A stretch of 64,000 nt of DNA from an uncultured Planctomycetaceae bacterium (GTDB lineage Bacteria; Planctomycetota; Planctomycetia; Planctomycetales; Planctomycetaceae): positions 32,001-96,000 of the forward strand of contig CAWFAK010000002.1 of assembly GCA_963813715.1 (NCBI GenBank). Direction: 5' to 3'. This document shows positions 60,042 to 64,000 of this stretch, in pieces. The translations under genes and the position numbers were made by a program. Within the stretch, counting starts at the first letter, position 1. Each line of letters begins with the position of its first letter. The notes under the pieces are model-generated. The model saw only the letters and a list, made by a program, of their open reading frames with translations, did not search any database and was not told the DNA's origin.

Positions 60042-60583
60042 GGTGTCTCTCCCGCAACGGATCGGTCGTGCGGCGCATCATAGCGGATCCCCTCGGCGCT
60101 TGGTCGTATTCGCAAACTGGCCGTCCGTATCTGCAAACCAGGCCGACGTTATGCGGAACGGGCTCGAAATTTGCGGCTCCCGGGCAGGCTCGGAGCGAGG
60201 CGCGGGATTCGTGCGAATAACGGCAAGAACGGGTTGCTGAACTGGGATCCGGCCGAATTGTGTGGTTCGGCTGGCGCCGAAGTGGGCCGAAAATGACCCG
60301 GGAAATCGCTGAGATCCTGCCCGGATTATCGGCTCTTAAGCTTAACGTAAGGTGTTGCAACATTTCAGTCTCGCTCTGGTTGCGGCTGTCTCGCGATTTG
60401 GGCATAGTGAGCGCAGCCGCAGACCGTCGGTGCGCCAACGCGGGCCGTGGCCAACGCGGGTTGGCCGCTGTCGACCGAACGGTTGGTCCCGCGCCTTTTG
60501 TATTCAACATCGTGTATCAGCCCAGTCGGGTTTTCGATCCGCCGCGACGGCGGAGCTTCCAAACAGCAGTCAGGAGAAACGTC

Positions 60584-61333
60584 ATGCTGAGAAAGAGTTT
60601 GGTTCCGTGCGTGGCGATTGCCGCCCTCGCTTTGATGGTTGACGTCCAGGTTGCCAACGCGCAAGGGCGCCGCGGTGGTGGCGGTGGCATGATGCGCGGC
60701 CCGCAAGGCGTCAACGACATTTACGTTGCCAGCCAAGCCGCCGCCCAAAAAGAAGTCAACATTAAGCCCGACCAGAAAGAAAAGATCGACGATCTGTCGA
60801 AGGACGTCCGCGAAGAAGTGATGCAGGCCATGCAGGCCTCCGGCGTCAGCTTCCAGGGCTTGCAGGATCTCTCGCCTGAAGAGCGTCAGAAGAAGATGGC
60901 TGAGATGGGCGCCAAGATGGCCGAGGTCTCGAAGACGGTCAACGAAAAGTTTGCTCCGAAGCTGGCCGAGATCCTCGACAAGACGCAGGCCAAGCGGATT
61001 CACGAAATCGCCATTCAGCTGGCCGGAGCGCCAGGCCCTGCTCGACGCCGGCGTCCAGAAAGATCTGAACGTGACGGCCGACCAGAAGGAAAAGCTCACG
61101 TCGATCAACAAGGACTTCCAGAAGCAGCTTGCGGAAGTGCCTCGCGCCGAGCGCAGACGAAGATGCACGAGCTCAATGAAGAGCAGCTGGCCAAGTCGAC
61201 CGAACTTCTGACCAAGGACCAGCAGGCGCAGTTCGCGTCGCTGAAGGGCAAGGCGTTCGACACGAAGTTGCTGCGGCCGCAAGGCGGCGGACGTCGCACG
61301 CGCGCGAACGCGGGCGGTGGCAACGGCCAGTAA
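60584..61333 (+). CDS. Secreted helical protein with LTXXQ-like (Spy/CpxP-type) repeats (internal frameshifts)
   Basis: AGGAG RBS; signal peptide; ILDKTQAKRIHEI, VTADQKEKL, LLTKDQQAQF. Confidence 0.75.
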   Translation: MLRKSLVPCVAIAALALMVDVQVANAQGRRGGGGGMMRGPQGVNDIYVASQAAAQKEVNIKPDQKEKIDDLSKDVREEVMQAMQASGVSFQGLQDLSPEERQKKMAEMGAKMAEVSKTVNEKFAPKLAEILDKTQAKRIHEIAIQLAGAPGPARRRRPERSERDGRPEGKAHVDQQGLPEAACGSASRRAQTKMHELNEEQLAKSTELLTKDQQAQFASLKGKAFDTKLLRPQGGGRRTRANAGGGNGQ

Positions 61334-61343
61334 TTGATCCTCA

Positions 61344-61393
61344 GCGCAGCCCTCCGGGCTGCGCAGTTGACCAGCGTAGCCTCCCGGCTGCGC
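61344..61393. terminator. Twin GC-rich hairpins after the stop codon (terminator or REP)
   Basis: GCGCAGCCCTCCGGGCTGCGC and GCGTAGCCTCCCGGCTGCGC; no poly-U tail. Confidence 0.45.
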
Positions 61394-61548
61394 CAGTCTG
61401 TACAGAACGCACGGCGCGCGGGAATTCAGCGGCGACAAGGCCGTTGAATCCCGCGCGCCGTGCTGTTATAACCGCGCAGTTGCGCCGTGCAGGGCCTGAT
61501 GACGAACTCGGAAAACCGCGACCTCCGTTTTACATTCGGGAATCAGTC

Positions 61549-61893
61549 ATGGCGAAGGACGATGTTAAACCTCCGATCACACCAGCCGCACCAGCCGCCG
61601 GAGACACGCCTCCCCAGACGATGGTGCACGTCGACGATTCGTCCTGCGTGGCCGGCTACGCGAATTTCTGCCGCGTTTCGAGCACGGCCGAGGAGCTGAT
61701 TCTCGACCTGGGGCTCAATCCGCACCCCTATGCCACAGGGGAAGCCACGGTCAGAGTCTCGCAGCGGATCATCATGAATCACTTCACGGCCAAGCGGTTG
61801 CTGGGAGCGCTGGCCGCGGCGCTGCAGCGCCACGAAAACGCGTTCGGCACGGTCGAGACCGACGTTCGCAAGCGCGTCCGCTCGACCCCGTAA
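61549..61893 (+). CDS. DUF3467-family protein
   Basis: GYANFCRVSSTAEELILDLG...VSQRIIMNHFTAKRLLGAL..HENAFG. Confidence 0.85.
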   Translation: MAKDDVKPPITPAAPAAGDTPPQTMVHVDDSSCVAGYANFCRVSSTAEELILDLGLNPHPYATGEATVRVSQRIIMNHFTAKRLLGALAAALQRHENAFGTVETDVRKRVRSTP

Positions 61894-61962
61894 GCACCCG
61901 ACCGGGGGCGCGGCGCATCACGATCGCGGCCCCGCCCGAACCCTACCAGCGAAGCTGCCGCG

Positions 61963-62637
61963 ATGCCTGACCACGGACCTCCGGACAATCCCGCGATGGG
62001 CCCGCATGCGCCCGGCGACGAGGGGCCCTTCTGCGAGGAGATTCAACACGCGCAGATCAGCGCCGTAGTGCCCGAACGGGTCGCCCGCGGCGTCTTCAGC
62101 ACAGGCGCGGTGGTCGTCCAGGGGCCGCACGAATTCATTCTCGATTTTTTGCTCCGCATGTCTCAGCCGCAGCAGGTGGCCGCCCGCGTCGTGCTGCCGC
62201 CGGGCGTGGTGATGCAATTCATCGCGGCTTTGTCTGAGAATTTGAAGAACTACGAATCGAAATACAGCATGCCGCTGGTGCCCGCGCCGCAAACGGCTCC
62301 GGGAGCCGGGGCCGGCGGACATGTTTCCGCGCAGGAACTCTACGAGCAGCTCAAGCTGCAGGATGACGTCCTGTCAGGCAGCTACGCCAACGCGGTGATG
62401 ATCGGCCACACGCCGAGCGAGTTTTGCTTCGACTTCATCACCACGTTCTATCCGCGGTCGGCCGTTTCGTGCCGCGTGTTCATGGCGGCCCCGGGTGTGC
62501 CGCGGCTGCTCGAGTCGCTCAAGCACTCGTTCGACAAGTTCCAGCAAAAATCGGCGCAGCACGCGAACCCGCAGACGCCGCCCCCGCCCCCTGCTCCGCC
62601 GACTCAGCCTCCTCCCGAGGGACCCCGCGAGTCGTGA
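61963..62637 (+). CDS. Tandem two-domain DUF3467 protein
   Basis: GVFSTG..EFILDF..ARVVLP..YESKY and GSYANAVMIGHTPSEFCFDF..CRVFM. Confidence 0.82.
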   Translation: MPDHGPPDNPAMGPHAPGDEGPFCEEIQHAQISAVVPERVARGVFSTGAVVVQGPHEFILDFLLRMSQPQQVAARVVLPPGVVMQFIAALSENLKNYESKYSMPLVPAPQTAPGAGAGGHVSAQELYEQLKLQDDVLSGSYANAVMIGHTPSEFCFDFITTFYPRSAVSCRVFMAAPGVPRLLESLKHSFDKFQQKSAQHANPQTPPPPPAPPTQPPPEGPRES

Positions 62638-62673
62638 ATCGGCGGGATCTGGCTCGACTGATTTCGATTACGT

Positions 62674-62732
62674 CCCTCGCTGAGGCTTCCGGTTAGTGTG
62701 CGCGAGTCACCAACCCGAAGCGTCGGCGAGGG
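62674..62732. repeat. REP-like doublet family C between convergent genes
   Basis: CCCTCGCTGAGGCTTCCGGTTAGT ... ACCAACCCGAAGCGTCGGCGAGGG. Confidence 0.8.
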
Positions 62733-62785
62733 CTCTTTGATTGCATCAAGCTCCCGAACGGACTGAAGAGCCGGGGCGAGCCAGG

Positions 62786-63937
62786 CTAGCGGCGGGCCAG
62801 CTTCTTCAGCACTTCGACGCCCCGTTCAAGCGTGCGACGCTCGGCCGAATACGATAGGCGGAAGTGCGTGTCGCGGTCGCTGAAAACGTTACCGGGGATG
62901 ATCAGCAGATTGTCGCTTGATCGCCTCGGCGACGAATTCGCTCGCCGTTCCCCAAGGTGCCTTGGCGAAGAGGTAGAACGCGCCGCCGGCCGGCGCGAAC
63001 TCGTACAACCCGGACAGCTCCGCCACCATAAAGTCGCGGTTGCGGCGGTATTCGGCGACGCGCTCGGAGACGTCGACGTCGCAAGCCGTGAGCCCCGCCC
63101 ACTGGACTGGCTGTGGCGCGCAGACGTAGGTGAACTGCTGCAGCTTGATCATCTGCTGGATGACCTCGGCCGGGCCGTGCGGCGTAGCCCAGCCGCAGCC
63201 CGGTCATCGAGTGCGATTTGCTGAAGCCGTCGATGACGATCGTCCGCTCGTTAAACCGGGCCGGGCTGATGAACGGCCCGTCGTAGACAAACGTGCGATA
63301 GATCTCGTCGCTGATCAGGGCCACGTTGCGCTCGGCGGCCAACTCGGCCAGCCCCCGCAGGTCGGCTTGTCGAGAGCACGGTCCCGGTCGGATTGGCCGG
63401 GCTGTTGCAGAGGATGACTTTGGTGCGATCGGTGAGCGCCGCGCGAACCTTGTTGAGGTCGACGCGGAAATCAGGATACGTGTCGACGGCGACCGGCGTG
63501 CCGCCGACGAGCGTCGTGAGGTGCTTGTAGACGACGAAATACGGATCGAAGAACAGCACCTCGTCGCCGGGATTGATCAGCACCGACAGGGCCAGCATCA
63601 AGCCGCCGCTCGTGCCGCTGGTGACGAACAACGAGCGGTCGGCATGCTGGTATTCGGCGTCGACCCGCTCCTGCAGCTTGCGCACGAGCGGGGCAATGCC
63701 CTGCGTGGGGCTGTAGGCATTACGCCCCTCGTCGATGGCCTTCTTGAGCGCGTCTTTGACCGGTCGCGGCGTGTCGAAATGAGGCTGCCCGATGCTCAGA
63801 TTGATCGGGTCCTTCATCGTCGCCGCCAGATCGAACACCTTGCGGATGCCGGAAACGTCGATCCGCTGCATCCGCTCGGCGATCCAGGCGCGCTTCCCGT
63901 CCGCGCGAGAACGGGAACCGGTGTCGGACGCGGTCAT
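62786..63937 (-). CDS. Class I/II PLP-dependent aminotransferase (frameshifts)
   Basis: INLSIGQP, NSPANPTG, ISDEIY, GFSKSHSMTGLRLGY, GAFYLF, HFRLSY. Confidence 0.92.
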
Positions 63938-64000
63938 TCCTTTTCCGCCATCAGCTTGGCCACGCTCGGCTCGATCGAGCTGGCCCAGATCTCGTAGCCG
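63934..64000 (-). CDS. 3' end of an upstream gene, probably a GDSL/SGNH hydrolase (partial)
   Basis: GYEIWASSIEPSVAKLMAEKE* resembles an SGNH C-terminal helix; ATGA overlap with the aminotransferase. Confidence 0.45.
   Translation of the reverse strand, partial: GYEIWASSIEPSVAKLMAEKE

Overview
GC-rich bacterial chromosome segment, very likely from Planctomycetota (DUF1559 pilin-like gene, HYExAFE protein, redoxin/Cu-monooxygenase fusion, H4MPT/methanofuran C1-cofactor genes, Planctomycete-type palindromic repeats). Many conserved genes are split by single-base indels, most simply explained as long-read assembly errors, so gene bounds were rejoined by hand. Layout: flagellar tail operon flhA-flhF-flhG-orf-fliA (0.9-6.7 kb); nnrD; vWA/GATase plus coiled-coil operon; SplB-like radical SAM; mgtE; HYExAFE; DEAD helicase; ftsH; C1-cofactor pair (MfnF-like and ATP-grasp); M16 peptidase and hemL. 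An accessory-looking block (~34-54.6 kb) follows, with a Cys-rich DUF1559, DUF3472, lpxA-desaturase pair, redoxin-monooxygenase, Gly/Cys peptide, PQQ-propeller, kinase-NTPase-FGE, BlaI/BlaR and an unexplained ~800 bp repeat mosaic. After that come a secreted esterase fused to what looks like a two-domain BPI/LBP (TULIP) lipid carrier, rluA, DUF1761, a crotonase, a DUF3467 pair and an aminotransferase. No rRNA, tRNA, CRISPR, integrase or transposase was recognised. Top leads: the esterase-BPI-like fusion, the 53.8-54.55 kb repeat mosaic, palindromic repeats translated in-frame inside the ATP-grasp gene, the Cys-rich CxxCH pilin-like protein and the coupled lpxA-desaturase. All family calls are from motif recognition by eye, not database searches.
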